Positions 35,192 to 47,307 of a DNA stretch of 64,000 nucleotides are shown here, piece by piece; within the stretch, counting starts at the first letter, position 1, and every line of letters begins with the position of its first letter. The notes under the pieces were generated by a model. That model was not told where the DNA came from. It ran no database searches and saw only the letters and a program-made list of their open reading frames with translations. The DNA comes from Marsupella aquatica (Eukaryota; Plantae; Marchantiophyta). The position numbers and the translations under genes are program-made. Where the stretch lies: positions 22,355,844 through 22,419,843 of the forward strand of contig OZ316893.1 in the NCBI GenBank assembly GCA_973895155.1, written 5' to 3'.

Positions 35192-38100
35192 ATGAGGTCT
35201 TCGCTATACGCAATGAAGGAAGGAGAATTGGCCAATTCTTTGGCCAAGTTTCTCAAAATGGATACATACAGACAGAAGATTGTCGACAATTGCATAGATG
35301 GGTCTGTATTTCAATGCTCAGAAGACGAGGTTGATGCTCTTCTCAAGGAGTCTGGGTTCACCATCCCTGGTCATCGAATGAGAATCAGAAAATGGGTCGA
35401 AGAGTGCAAACGCAAGGGATCTGTGGTTGATCAACTTGAGTTCAGCATGCCTGCTCCAGTGCGGCCAACCTTGGGAGAGGGATCAGTCAAACATGACTCC
35501 CCAACATTGCTACGAAAGAGTGGAACAGTAGGAGAGGTTGGAAAGGGTAAACAATTCTCCATGCAGACTTCAACATCAATGCAAACCTCAACATCGATGC
35601 ACACTTCAGTTGAATTTGAGTCTCACAAAACAATGCAGCACAAGGTACGTACGTACAACACAGTTTAATTGAGATTGTTTAGTATATTTTACTGGTAATG
35701 TCTACGCACTTGGAGTGTTTGGCACATCTACTGTACGTTAGACCTGGGGCTCATCCCCTATTGTACCCATGCTCTTCTCCAACGACAAGCCTGCATGTTC
35801 CATGTTGTCTGATGTATTAATCTAGAATGAAGGTGTTAATTTCGATCCTAACGTATTCCCTTATGTCTCGATCAGAGGGAGCAATTGAGATTTCCAACTT
35901 ACGAGGAGATATTCAAGCAGAAGAAAACTGGTCGTAAATTACTCCAAGCCTGGCCTCATGCCTGCTTAGCGCATAATGAGAACTTGAGGACGATTCGGAA
36001 GTGGTTTTCTGAACCTGAACAGAGGCACTTTATGGAGCATGATTTCAAACAAAATGCAAGTCTTCGGACAGAATGCCTTGATTTTGCAAGGTCAAGAATG
36101 GATGACCTCCGGCCATTGGTATTTGTGGATGATGTAGAGGGAACTGTGGCTTCAATGCGTTGGAAGCTTGAAGATGTCTACGAGGCCATCATCAATCGCA
36201 AACATGAATTCACCAAGGGTGAAAAGAGGAAATTGGCAAAACTGGGTAAGCTGAGTGGTCCATTGTTTCTCAATATTGATGTCGGATGATTTAATTTTTT
36301 GGGGCTCAGAAGTGACGGAGTAGGGTGGTCCAGTGTTTCTCAATTTTGATGTCGGATGATTTTGTTGGGCTCAGAAGTGATGGAGTAGGCAAAGATGTTA
36401 AATGGGTCAGACATGCTTTATCTGAGATTGAACTTGCAAGACGTACATTGATTCAGAATCTTAGTTACCATATTAATCTATTGAATATATTCGGTTTTGT
36501 CAGGTGAAGAAGACGCTTCGCCTACCAAGGCACGTACACCTCAACCCGAACCCCAGGTGATTCTTACCCAAGATGACAAGGACTTGCTAGAATTCAATAG
36601 CAGGCCAGAGTATGAGATGCTTCTTTATGCCACTCCTACTCAGCTGACAGCCTTAGACATCCACAAAAGGCAAAAGGGAAAGGATTGCAAAAGAGATGAC
36701 GCAGACTTATTTGGGAAGGGGAAGGTTCTGGCAATCGCCAAACAAAATCCATATAAAGTGTACCAGATCAAGATTACCCACCTCTGTCCTGAGACATCGT
36801 CTAGGTTGGCTGAATACTACATTCCGTGTGGCCCACACAGCGCAGACTTTGACACCCAATTGTGCATGCTAGACCTGGTAAACTCTCTATTTCTTTAATA
36901 AGCTCTTGCATGACGTTTGTATATTGTGGACAAATCACATTACTTCCAATTCAAGACTTTGTCGGCATAGCTCAATCATCCATACATGTACTTACAGACT
37001 TAATTATCTTTCTTATTGTGCAGGGTACTAAGATTCAAATAGCACAACCCTATACTGCGCTAACTCCACAACCACCAGCTGACATCACTTCAGATTTAGT
37101 GAATCAAAGTACTGAAGTTTTGGATTCCACATCTTGTGATCAGGACAAATCTGACAATGTGACCATGGAGCACCAATTTCCTGCAGTTCAGCGAAGATTG
37201 AGTAAGGGCAGATCTAGTCTGGGTTCTAATGGGACTTCAGATTCGATCCACAACTTGGATGAATTTGGTAAAAAAATTGTGCAGATTACTCCTACACGTG
37301 ACTCATCCAGGTTGTCCAAGTCAAGGAGAACAGTGGATAACTCAGACTCACCCTCCCCTTTGACAGAGGTATATATAGGCATAGTTATCAAGGGAATCTC
37401 AAGCTACGTATTTTCTTTTACTGTACTACTTCTTTTTGTTGTTAGCTTACCCTATATTAATATATGTTTGTACTTGTTTTGCAGGTGACTGTCAAGTTGG
37501 AAAGTAGCCCAATTGACAAATCTGACAATGTGACCATGGATCACCAGGTTGAATTTCCTGCAATTCAGCAAAGATTGAGTAAGGGCAGATATAGTCTGGG
37601 TTCTAATGGGACTTCAGATTCGATCCACAACTTGGATGAAGTGGGTAAAATTTTTGTGCAGATTACTCCTACACGTGACTCATCCAGGTTGTCCAAGTCA
37701 AGGAGAACAGTGGATAACTCAGACTCACCCTCCCCTTTGACAGAGGTATGTATAGGCATAGTTATCAAGGGAATCTCAAGCTACGTATTTTCTTCTACTG
37801 TAATACTTTTTTTTGTTATCTTACCCTGTATTAATATATGTTTGTACTTGTTTTGCAGGTGACTGTCAAGTTGGAAAGTAGCCCAATTGAATTGCATAGA
37901 AAGAAGCCATCACCCAACTTGGCTTACGGACGCAGGATTAGTGGTCAAAAGAAATCACAATCGAAAGCCACATTGTCTAGGTGTCTTGCTGATTCTCAGT
38001 CAGAAAGAGAAATGGAGACAGAAGTGACAAATGAGAAATCCTTTGAGGAGCTCATGTCAAAGCCCCTTGTCAAGGCCAACCAAGTTTCAGGCTAGCTTCA

Positions 38101-39073
38101 GTAACAAAGAGAACATTTTGGCAAGTTTACCCAAACCAAGGGGGCCATGTCCTGGAGAGGACAATGGTGTGAAGATGAGAAGTTTAAAAGACATCACTAA
38201 CTCCAAACCGTTGTCTGTCACAGCAGTCACAACACCGCTACTTGCTTTCCAGGTTTGTAATTCACATGATTATAAAACTCTGACTAGGTCCATGTAATCC
38301 ATGGACCTACCCATGGACTATGATTATAACAATAATAGAGTTCTGGAATTCTCAGGCTTGTCAGTGTGGGTGTGGGCCTGCTGGGTGGTGCCTCCTAGTG
38401 GTCCTGGATTTCCCTTACCTCTATTCTGTCATTTTTGTTGCAGACATTGAGTGGCAGCCCAATTCACCCTCCCGGCACTTCCAGGTTATTTATATTCTAT
38501 CATTTTCTGTGGCCATTCTCTTTTGCAGGCGTTGAGTGGCAGCCCGGTTCACAAAGTTCCACGTTCAAAATCTACAGCACCTGTTCTGAACTGCAAGACA
38601 AAGGTAATCATTTAGTCTAGATACTTTAGCCCTTATTTATTTGTGCATTAGAGTATTTTTTTTAATTTGAGGTATGAAAAGATACTGAAATCCTCATGCT
38701 ATTAAATTTTGTTTGGTGTGCATGCGCGCAGGAATACACACAGTACACTACAAGCCCTATTACAAGCTCAAAAACAAATTGGAATCGGTTAACCTATCAA
38801 GCCCAAGTCAATGTCTGTATATTGGTCATGAATGTCAAAAACCGTAATGAGGTGGAGACCAAGATAACAGATTGGATTGGTACTAAAAATGCTAAATGTA
38901 GAGTGGGCAAAAAATTATTTGCTGGACACTTGAAGTATGGCGTGGTTGAAAAAATAGAAATGGTGACCAATTGGGCGCTTGATGCTGGAATAGTGGAGAT
39001 AGTAGATGCTCCACCTATGGTAAAGGGTAGGCTAGATTTAACCATGGATAATCTAAGGCTTGGTGAGGATTAA
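35192..39073 (+). CDS. Multi-exon accessory gene of element C with an N-terminal SAM-like domain
   Basis: First exon LAKFLKMDTYRQKIVDNCIDGSVF...LKESGFTIPGHRMRI. GT-AG exons at about 35876-36246, 36504-36877, 37024-37368, 37485-37745, 37859-38252 and 38732-39073. Exact model unverified; a stop or shift near 38093 is possible. Confidence 0.6.
37144..37888 (+). repeat. About 375-bp tandem duplication of an exon plus intron
   Basis: GACAAATCTGACAATGTGACCATGGA at 37144 and 37515; near-identical exon, donor, intron and acceptor. Confidence 0.93.
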
Positions 39074-41222
39074 TATGATATATATATATGTCATGTTTGA
39101 CTTCAGCAACCGAATCCTAATATATAGAGATCTAGGGTTCACTAGTAGTTGACTAGTAGTCAATAATATATAATGGCCAACATATATGTTAACTGTAAAA
39201 GATACCTATGCAATTAGGTGGATACAAATGTAGTAGACTTTTACCAATTGTACATTGATACAATTATTGTAATTCAATGGAGGCTGGTGCTACTACCTCT
39301 AGCTCCTGCTATTTCCTATATAGTATTATATTTGTCAGTGAATTGAAATACCAGCATGAGTACTTTGTCTTATGCTCAAAAGGTTGAATTGGTTTGCTTT
39401 GTCTACTAAAAGAATAATGTTTGCTTAAATAAATATTTTAAATTATAAAAATTGGACAACTGAGATGAAAAGAGATCGAGCCTTCTTATTAAGGTTGGCA
39501 AAACAAGAAACACTTCTCATTATAATATTCAGGTATATACGTTGACAAAGAAAACGTTTACTGTACTAGGAATATTGAATTCTCCAAATAGGCTGATGTA
39601 AATCAAGGAATATACAAAATACCCAAATCATTTTGCAAAAGTAGGATTTTACAATACCCCAAAGTAGGATTTTACAACATGCCTATGATTTATCTTCAAG
39701 GACTTTGTCCCACATGTGAAATCTGGGTATATTGAAGTTTCCTATGCCGTCCAAACAGCCAACATAACATCCCGGGGAATGTTTCATAAACCCATTTAAG
39801 GTCAGTTTCCCCACTTCTTTGTCAAAAATATGGGGGAAATGGGTTTACATCTAGGATATTAGCCAAGGTGGGGGTAAGACAGAAACTCCTTGTGTCACTT
39901 GACGGCTGAGATGTCCCCAAAATCATCTTGTAACCTGTGCCATGGTTAGTCTTTGGCCAAAAATCAGTTGTCAATGGCAAATGTCTTTCCCCCTCCCCTT
40001 CTATTGTAAGTTCCTCGGACAGTGCTTGCACAAGATTCTCCCAATATTTGACCAGAGGAAATCTCTCTTTATATGCTGCAAAGGTCTCATCCTTACAACT
40101 TTTCTTCAAGAAATCAATATAGCAATTAAGGAATGGGATGATTTCTCCAACTTTCTTTTGTACATCCCTAGATATAGGTTTTGCAAATGGTTGGCCTTCC
40201 GGTAAAATGAGCGCATTTGTGATGGGATCAGTTCTCCAAATGGACCTCCCCATTGCCGGAAGCCAAGGTTGCTTGACATGTGCTTTATATTGATACACTG
40301 GCACATTATCCCTCATGGAGAAAAGAAATGCCACTGGTTTTGAGTGACCTTCTATCTCTTTCACCTGGAAAGTTTTCAAATACTCCTTGTAAGATGCAAC
40401 CTCTTGAATCAATCGTGGTACAGGATGAATGCTTTCACACTCCCAAACCTCAGCCATCAACCCCAAGAGGGTAGCAACCTCTTTGTATCTGACCTGTTTG
40501 GATACTTGAGAAAATAATGCATCCACGTCTTCATGGGTGTGGCCAACCATGAGGAATGACATTTGCACAGTTTCAAACACCCCCCTGCTAACAAGCTCAG
40601 TGCAAAATGCCATCACATATTGATTTTTGTTATCTTTCCCTGAATTGTCCATCTGCAACGTTAGGTGCCTTGGTAAGGGCTTGAAAGAGCCCCTAGTAGT
40701 CTCAGGATCATCCTTAGAACCAACATCCACTGTGCTTGACTTTTTAGTCTCCTGACCATCTTCAATGCCTTGAAATCGAACAATTGAAACATTTTTGGGT
40801 TCCAAGTAACCAGCCAGAAATGCTTCAAAGTCTAGAAGGGACTGAAATATTGGCCTAGTTGCATTCCAATTCAATCCCTCAAGAAGGTCTCCAGTTTTGT
40901 CTCCTGTGTAATCTTCCAAATCTTGGAGGCATTTGGCCAAAGATGTCACGGTAAAGTCTGCATCTCCAGGCCAAAGTCCAGTCAAACTGAAATGTGCATA
41001 CACTCCAGGATCTCTTCCATGGGTTAACATCCCAGTAAGAGCAATAGGCAAAGGCTGACCACTACCAGAGAGGGATTTTGGAGTGGGGACTAACCTGGGG
41101 ATCCAAGTCTTGGCTTGATCCATCTTATCGTGAATAATGCAAAGATAGTTTTGAGGATCCTTCTTTGCAAGAACCCTATGAGCATAGTAAACATATCTTC
41201 TTGACATTTGTTCACGAAGATG

Positions 41223-43552
41223 TGTGACGCCAATGACATGGTCCTTATTTTGTAATCTGATTAAGTAGGTTGCTGTATGCAAGGAGTAGCTATTGATATT
41301 ACATAACAATTAGCAAGATGGCAAGAATAAGGGCAATCATGGCGTTAAGAGTAGGGAAATAAAAACTATGTCGCGGGTGGTCGACGACCATATCTCTTTC
41401 AATATGTCACCAAATCCGGATCTGTAAAGAGCATTGGAAAGATCTGGTCAAGGCGAGTAAAATCGATATAAAACACTTGGGAAACGGAGGTGTATTAAGA
41501 GAGATACGGCCTGATTAGTGTGACGGGTTAACTTATGGCCGGAATTAGCGGATTCGGCTTCAGTTTCGGGTTAACCCAAGCTCGACCACGGCTTAGCTTA
41601 TGTGAGCACGGCTTCAGCTTAGCTCAGGTAAGCACGGCTTCAGCTTAGCTTAGGTCAGCACAGCTTCAGCTTAGGCTTAACCTAGGTTCGGATTAGATTG
41701 AACTCGGGTTAGCCTAAACTCGGGCTCAGGTTAGCATAGGTAAGCTCGGGTTCGGGCTCAGCTTAGGCTAGGTTAGCGGATAGCGGATAGCGGGTAGCGG
41801 CCTAACCCGAGACCACGGGTTAGCTCTACTCGGGTTAGATAGGATAGCTAGGTTAGCCGAACTCGGGTTAGCTATGTAACTCGGGTTAGCGCAGCAGTGA
41901 GTACCCCCTCTCGGTTGCGGGGGCATAACTCTCTGTGTATTTGACCAAATCGGCTATAATTGACCTCGTTGGAAAGAGGAGCTCAAGCCGCTTCCAACGC
42001 TGCTATCCACGCAGCAAATGGTTGAATACAGAAATCGGGAGAGGAGGCGTAAGCTCGCGAAAACCATGGAGGAGGGCCAAATCCGAAGTACATAGCCAAT
42101 TCGAGATAGAAATAAAGCTGCGAGTTAGGGTTCAGTAGTTAGAGATAGTGGCGGCTCTGTTAGGGCTAGGATGGGGCTCCAGCAGCGTAGTACCCAGCCA
42201 TTTGGGCTCAGTATGAGAGTATATAGAGCATCCCTCCGGTAGAGCCAGGGGGGGGGGACTTCAGTTGTGTGATCTCACTTAGACTGAGTAGCGGGGAGGA
42301 GCTCTGTGCAAGCAAGGCTGGACTTGGACGCTGCGTGTTGGGGAGAGCTTGGTTGTGCTATTACTCAGGGAGTAATCAGCCAAGCTTCACAACAACGGGT
42401 TGCTAGGTTTGCGAGCTGGATTGTGGCTCTTTCTAGTGGGCAGCACAACTGGGTTCTTTTCCCCCGATACAGAGCCTTGGTGATAGGTGATGTATTGGTG
42501 ATTGTAAACTGTGGGGAGGATTTCAATTCGATTTGCGGTGGGCACATTAGGGAGGCTGAGGTACTGATTAAGGGGCAGCAGGAGGAGCATTTACAGTTTA
42601 GTCTGGCAAGGCTACGTGATCCATGGGGAGTCCCGGCCTTTGTCTGGTGGAGAGCACTAAGGGATCTATGGCCAGAGCTGAGCTTGCAGGGCAAGCGTGA
42701 GGCCGGGCCTCATTGCAGTCTGGGATAGATCGCCGTTAGGCCTGGTACCAGCTTTGAAGTCGAGTCAACTATGCATGCGTAACTTGACGTTCTGAATTGG
42801 AGGTGTGAGATCTGTATGTGCCCCCAAGAATGAAGTGTAGTGAAGGAGGTTGAGTTCAGGATTGAGCTTGCATGGCAAGCACGGGGCTTGCAGGGCAAGC
42901 ACGTCACAATCTGGAGGAGACAGCCTTCGGCCCTAGTGTTCGGATCAAGTGTTCTCAGTGAACTATTGTGCACATCTTTGAATCTAATTGAGTTTTCCTC
43001 TCAGGCCTCATTTCTCTCATGGATGTGTGTGTGTGTGAGGCAATCTGAGTGTATGATGGAACTAGCAGCGCCACTGAGAGGTGTACCGGGTGCATTGAAG
43101 CGGGCTGGGTGAGGACTGTCATAGCTCTGATTGTTGAGAGTGGAATGGCAGAGTGGTGGGGCAATGGCTTAGAAGTCCCTAAGCCGGGAATCAGTCAGGA
43201 GTCACTGGTTTATGGGTACATTCCGGCGGCGGAATAGAAACATACCTATGACAGTAAGCATATGTATAGACCTATGCGCACCGTAGCGCTAGGCCCTGTG
43301 TGTACGGGCCCGATATGAAGACCCCTTCTCACCAGAACTATCATGAGCGCAGATCTGATCCCAACCTTGGTTCCTTGGGATTGAGCTTGGGTGATGTGTG
43401 ATAGAGTCTTGCTATGATAGTCTGGTGTTAAGGGCATAAACTGGTGTTTACCGGCATTCACAACATCCCTTCGTGATCCTCAGGTACAAGGAGATGGTTT
43501 TGGCACCCATAGTGACGTTTTTGGTGTTAAGACCCATGTCAATCGCGTGACA
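41223..43552. mobile_element. Solo LTR, 2330 bp, inside B's transposase
   Basis: TGTGACGC...GCGTGACA; TSD AGATG at 41218-41222 and 43553-43557; GGTTAGC/CTTCAGCTTA repeat field at ~41550-41890. Confidence 0.92.
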
Positions 43553-45470
43553 AGATGTCATGCTCTTTTCTCTTCAATCTCTGCACGCTCTTTTTTACTC
43601 TTCTCCCGCATCAATTGATCTTTGAACTCAGTGCAAAATGTGCACTTGGCAAATGCACTTCCCTTGTGAAAGTCAAAATTATCAAATGAGTTTTTCCAGA
43701 TGTTGTACATAGTAACTTCAGTAACCTTAGCAAACCCATCTAATTCCATCTTGGTAAACACCTCTTGGAAAATCTCTTTCTTAGTAAAACAAGATGGGAG
43801 CCGATATTCAATAGTGTCAGTGCCGTTGGACCCACCATAGGGAAGATGTGGCATTGGTTCCCCATTTTGGATTAAAATGGACTCCAACAAGGCGCGAGCG
43901 TGCAAAGTGCTTGATCGTGTCTTCCGTTGTCCCTGATTTCCATGGAAACCAATTGTGCAACCAGCTTCGTATTGATTTTTGTAGTCATAGTACTTTGTTG
44001 TATTGAACCCATGCATTTTAATAAATGCATCTTTACAAACCACACGTCCCTTTAGAACAAAAAATCCCTTTCTCTTGACTTGCTCCTCTCTACACCCAAA
44101 GAGACTAAAGATGTGACTTGTTTTGTTGTCACTTGACATTCCATGGTATTCCCTCCTCATTGCCTCTAAGTCCTCCCTGGGCATGTTCAAGCAACACTTC
44201 AGCTTGCAACAACCTTCTCTTTGGATGGAATCAATGGACTCGTTAATTTTCAAAAGTGCCCTCGACTCCAAATGCTTTTTCTTCCTCTCCTCAAGATCAA
44301 CTTATGTCCTCCTAATGAAATTGTATGGTCTTTTTGTAGGTTTACCATCACCATCCGAATCCGGATCGCCCTTAGTTCGACCCGACTCCATCCACTTCTC
44401 TGAAACTTCCTCAAGGATATCCCCAAGAAACCTTTGAGACGAAATCAATGGAAGGGATTTGATTTCCCACCTCACCAAGCCAGGGGTACCAACACGGATA
44501 TTTGGAAATAATCCGGGTTCATTGATATTCACAACAGCAACACCAACATGATCTGCACCAAGAAGTTCATCGTCAACGGCACCTGTTTTAAATGGGACCG
44601 TGATAACACCTGTTGCAACCTTTCGACAACGAGAAGCGTCATACAAATCAACCTCCTCCGCCATCCAGTTGGAACGTAGTGTAAAATCTTTTAATGGAAG
44701 ATCATTGAAAATATTTGAACTACCAAACACGCCAAAATCTCGTAGAGTGCCCTTTCTAGAAACATGTGCAACATCCCAGATAACCCAGGTATGCAAGGCC
44801 TCTTCTATTGTATCAGCTCTAGGGTGCGAGTATGGCAATTTTTGATTTCCCTTAACAATATCAGATATTCTTATACTGATGCGACCAACCCCGAGTGTTT
44901 CAGTATGACAAATATCCATCGGATTTGTCTTGAAAACGACTCCATTTGCAACCAACTGATCAAAAATGAACATCTGAACTTCATCTCCTTCCTTGAACAC
45001 GTCCTCTTCAACCCTTGCATCAATTTTGGATTTATCATTTCCAGCATCTCCACCCAAAGAGAAATCATCGACATTGATTATTCGGCGCTGAGTTGATGAC
45101 TTCAAGTATGCCAATGCACAGTCCCAAATCACGCAGGAGTCAATTGCCTTAGCCAATGTAGAAAATTTGGGCGAAGGAAATGGAAGTTGACGCGATCCAT
45201 CAAAATACTTTTCGATCAATACCCCAATTCGATTGTCCCCTAGACAAATGTTCTGTATAGTATCCTGGGGTTCAACCTTTTGAACTATCCCAATTGCCAT
45301 TTCAAATCCATCGATCACCAATGACACTTCATCCCCTCGTGTAAAATTGATCATGATAGCGGACTATCTGTATTCAAATAAAGTTAGAAATTGTTAAGTT
45401 CCCCATGTTACAATCATGTTTCAAAATCTGGACTCTCCTCCAAAAAATATTGTAAAATCACTCAAAACCC

Positions 45471-45810
45471 TAAATACATTCAAGTCGGGTCGGAATTATT
45501 TCGACCCTCCTCCAACATTATGTCTTGAAATGATTGAATTGACTAAACATTTATAAGTCGGGTCAGAATTATTTCGACCCTCCTCCAACAATATGTCTTG
45601 AAATGATTGAATTGACTAAACATTTACAAGTTGGGTCGGAATTATTTCGACCCTCCTCCAACAATATGTCTTAAAATTATTGAATTGACTAAACATTTAC
45701 AAGTCGGGTCGGAATTATTTCAACCCTCCTCCAACAATATGTCTTAAAATGATTTAATTGACTAAACATTGATAAGTTGGGTCAGAATTATTTCGACCCT
45801 ACTCCAACTA
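45471..45810 (+). repeat. 73-bp tandem array, about 5 copies, each with a 21-bp palindrome
   Basis: GGGTCGGAATTATTTCGACCC core at about 45487, 45560, 45633, 45706 and 45779; a further partial copy at ~45903-45928. Confidence 0.92.
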
Positions 45811-46103
45811 TTAAGTTGAAATTATGTCAAAACTATTTGTGAAACTATCTTGCTTATGCTTTTATATACCAGTTTAAAATGCTAGTTAAGATGACATAGT
45901 CAGGTCGGCATGAAATAATTCCGACCCACTTCTAGAAACTATGTTAGTAATCACATAAAGGGGTACAGTAAGTTCTACACATGCTAGACTGTGGATAAAG
46001 GTCTAGAAATGAGTAAAATATATGATCTAGAACCTAATGTGTAAATCTTAATCTAGGTTTGGCTTAAAGGTATTGAATTAGATGTAGTTGAGCTAGTACT
46101 TCT

Positions 46104-46431
46104 CTCGGGGGGGTCACTATATGGAGGGTCATACATCGCGTGCGACGTTTTAGGGTTTGACCCCCCTAACTTTAAAGTGAAAAATATTTTTTTGCAAAGC
46201 CCTTTCTTTCTTAAAATTTTGTCATTTTTTATTAAAAAACCCCTAAAAACTTTATAGAAAGTATTTTTTGCAATTAAATAGGCCTATGTGTTCTTTAAAG
46301 TCGACCAATCAATAAAACATGCCCTATGTGTTCTTCCACCAAACTTTGGAAGTCTTCCGCCACACCCATTTAAATGGGCCTATACTTCGTCGCACGTGAT
46401 GTGTCACTTCCGTGAAAGTGACCCCCCCGAG
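46104..46431. mobile_element. 328-bp MITE with 8-bp TSD
   Basis: TIR CTCGGGGGGGTCACT, extending imperfectly to CGTGCGACG (~45 bp); TSD GTACTTCT at 46096-46103 and 46432-46439; AT-rich interior. Confidence 0.9.
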
Positions 46432-47307
46432 GTACTTCTAAGATAAATAAATAAAATCACTAACCTGCTCCGCAATATATCTCTGCCACCCTTGTACAAG
46501 CTAAATGGGTACCTTGGATGCCAGCATTGTAACTCTTAGCACCACAGTGCTCACCAGTGCCCTTACTAAACCTTGCATTCAACCATGCGGACCTAAACAA
46601 GGCACTCGGACAGAGGAGAGTCAGTGATCGTACCAATCACTGTCTAAATGACAATGAACCAAACAATGGATTGTGGGAGGTCTATACTCAGTTTGAGAGG
46701 CAAAAAGCCCACACATTACCCAGCACACGAGTGGACACCAACAGATCGGGCACGGGTGGATGAGGCACGCACCCAGCACACAAGTAGACATCGGATAGGG
46801 TGTCAGCCAATCACTCACGAGTGATAGGTGAGTTGCGAGCACACACCGCTGACAGCTCGGAAGTTTAAAATTGGTAGGTGAGTCGCGAGTGGTCGTGAGT
46901 GGTCACACCATCGGTGACTCACGATCACATGCACCAAGGAGGGTCTCCCTCATTGGTGCGCATTGATGTCTCCATACCCTCTCGGATCCTTGCCTCCTCG
47001 GACTCCTCGCTCGCAGGGGGTATAGGAAGGCAGGCCTTGCGCTTGAGGCCTCATTTCCTTGCCTCCCTCTTGCCTCCTCTCTCGTCTCCTCACTCCTTGC
47101 CTCCCTCTTGCCTCGCTCTAGGGCTTTTGTTTTTGCCTCGCTCTTGGGATTTTTTTTCTGCCTCGCTCTAAGGCTTTTATTTCCGCCTTGCTCCCTTCCC
47201 TTTTGGGTCGCTCCCTCGATCATTATTTGCCTGTTAGTGCCCTCTTGTAGCCTGTGGCATTCTCCATTGCTGCCACGTCTCATCTTAAATCTCACTCGCC
47301 CCTTACA

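Larger units (their letters stand above)
20165..39894. mobile_element. EnSpm/CMC-type element C with CACAA termini, 19.7 kb
   Basis: CACAAGGAAGTTTTG at 20165 versus reverse complement CACAAGGAGTTTCTG ending 39894. 3-bp TSD TCA at 20162-20164 and 39895-39897. Excision restores B's transposase frame (QPSSEPSQN). Confidence 0.88.
19573..45354 (-). pseudogene. Transposase of element B (~1237 aa reconstructed; DDD-type, Sola1/DUF7869-like), in three pieces
   Basis: 45354-43553 + 41217-39895 + 20161-19573 = 3714 nt in one frame with 3 internal stops. Three N-terminal Tnp1-like repeats (A.G.V...LG...LP...V.W), CC...C, AKCTFC, IHDKMDQ, QMDNSGKDNKN, VGHTHEDVDALFS, and a C-terminal SH3/Tudor-like segment (FVFLRP...FWLVRA...VQWWRP). 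Confidence 0.8.

Noticed and set aside
41223-41309. N-terminus of the 495-aa ORF
   Set aside because: Derived from the solo LTR; the true upstream part is above 43553.
42306-43461. Several short ORFs inside the solo LTR
   Set aside because: They overlap on both strands and show no domain signal.
45471-45810. Second CRISPR-like array
   Set aside because: The whole 73-bp unit is repeated; there are no unique spacers.
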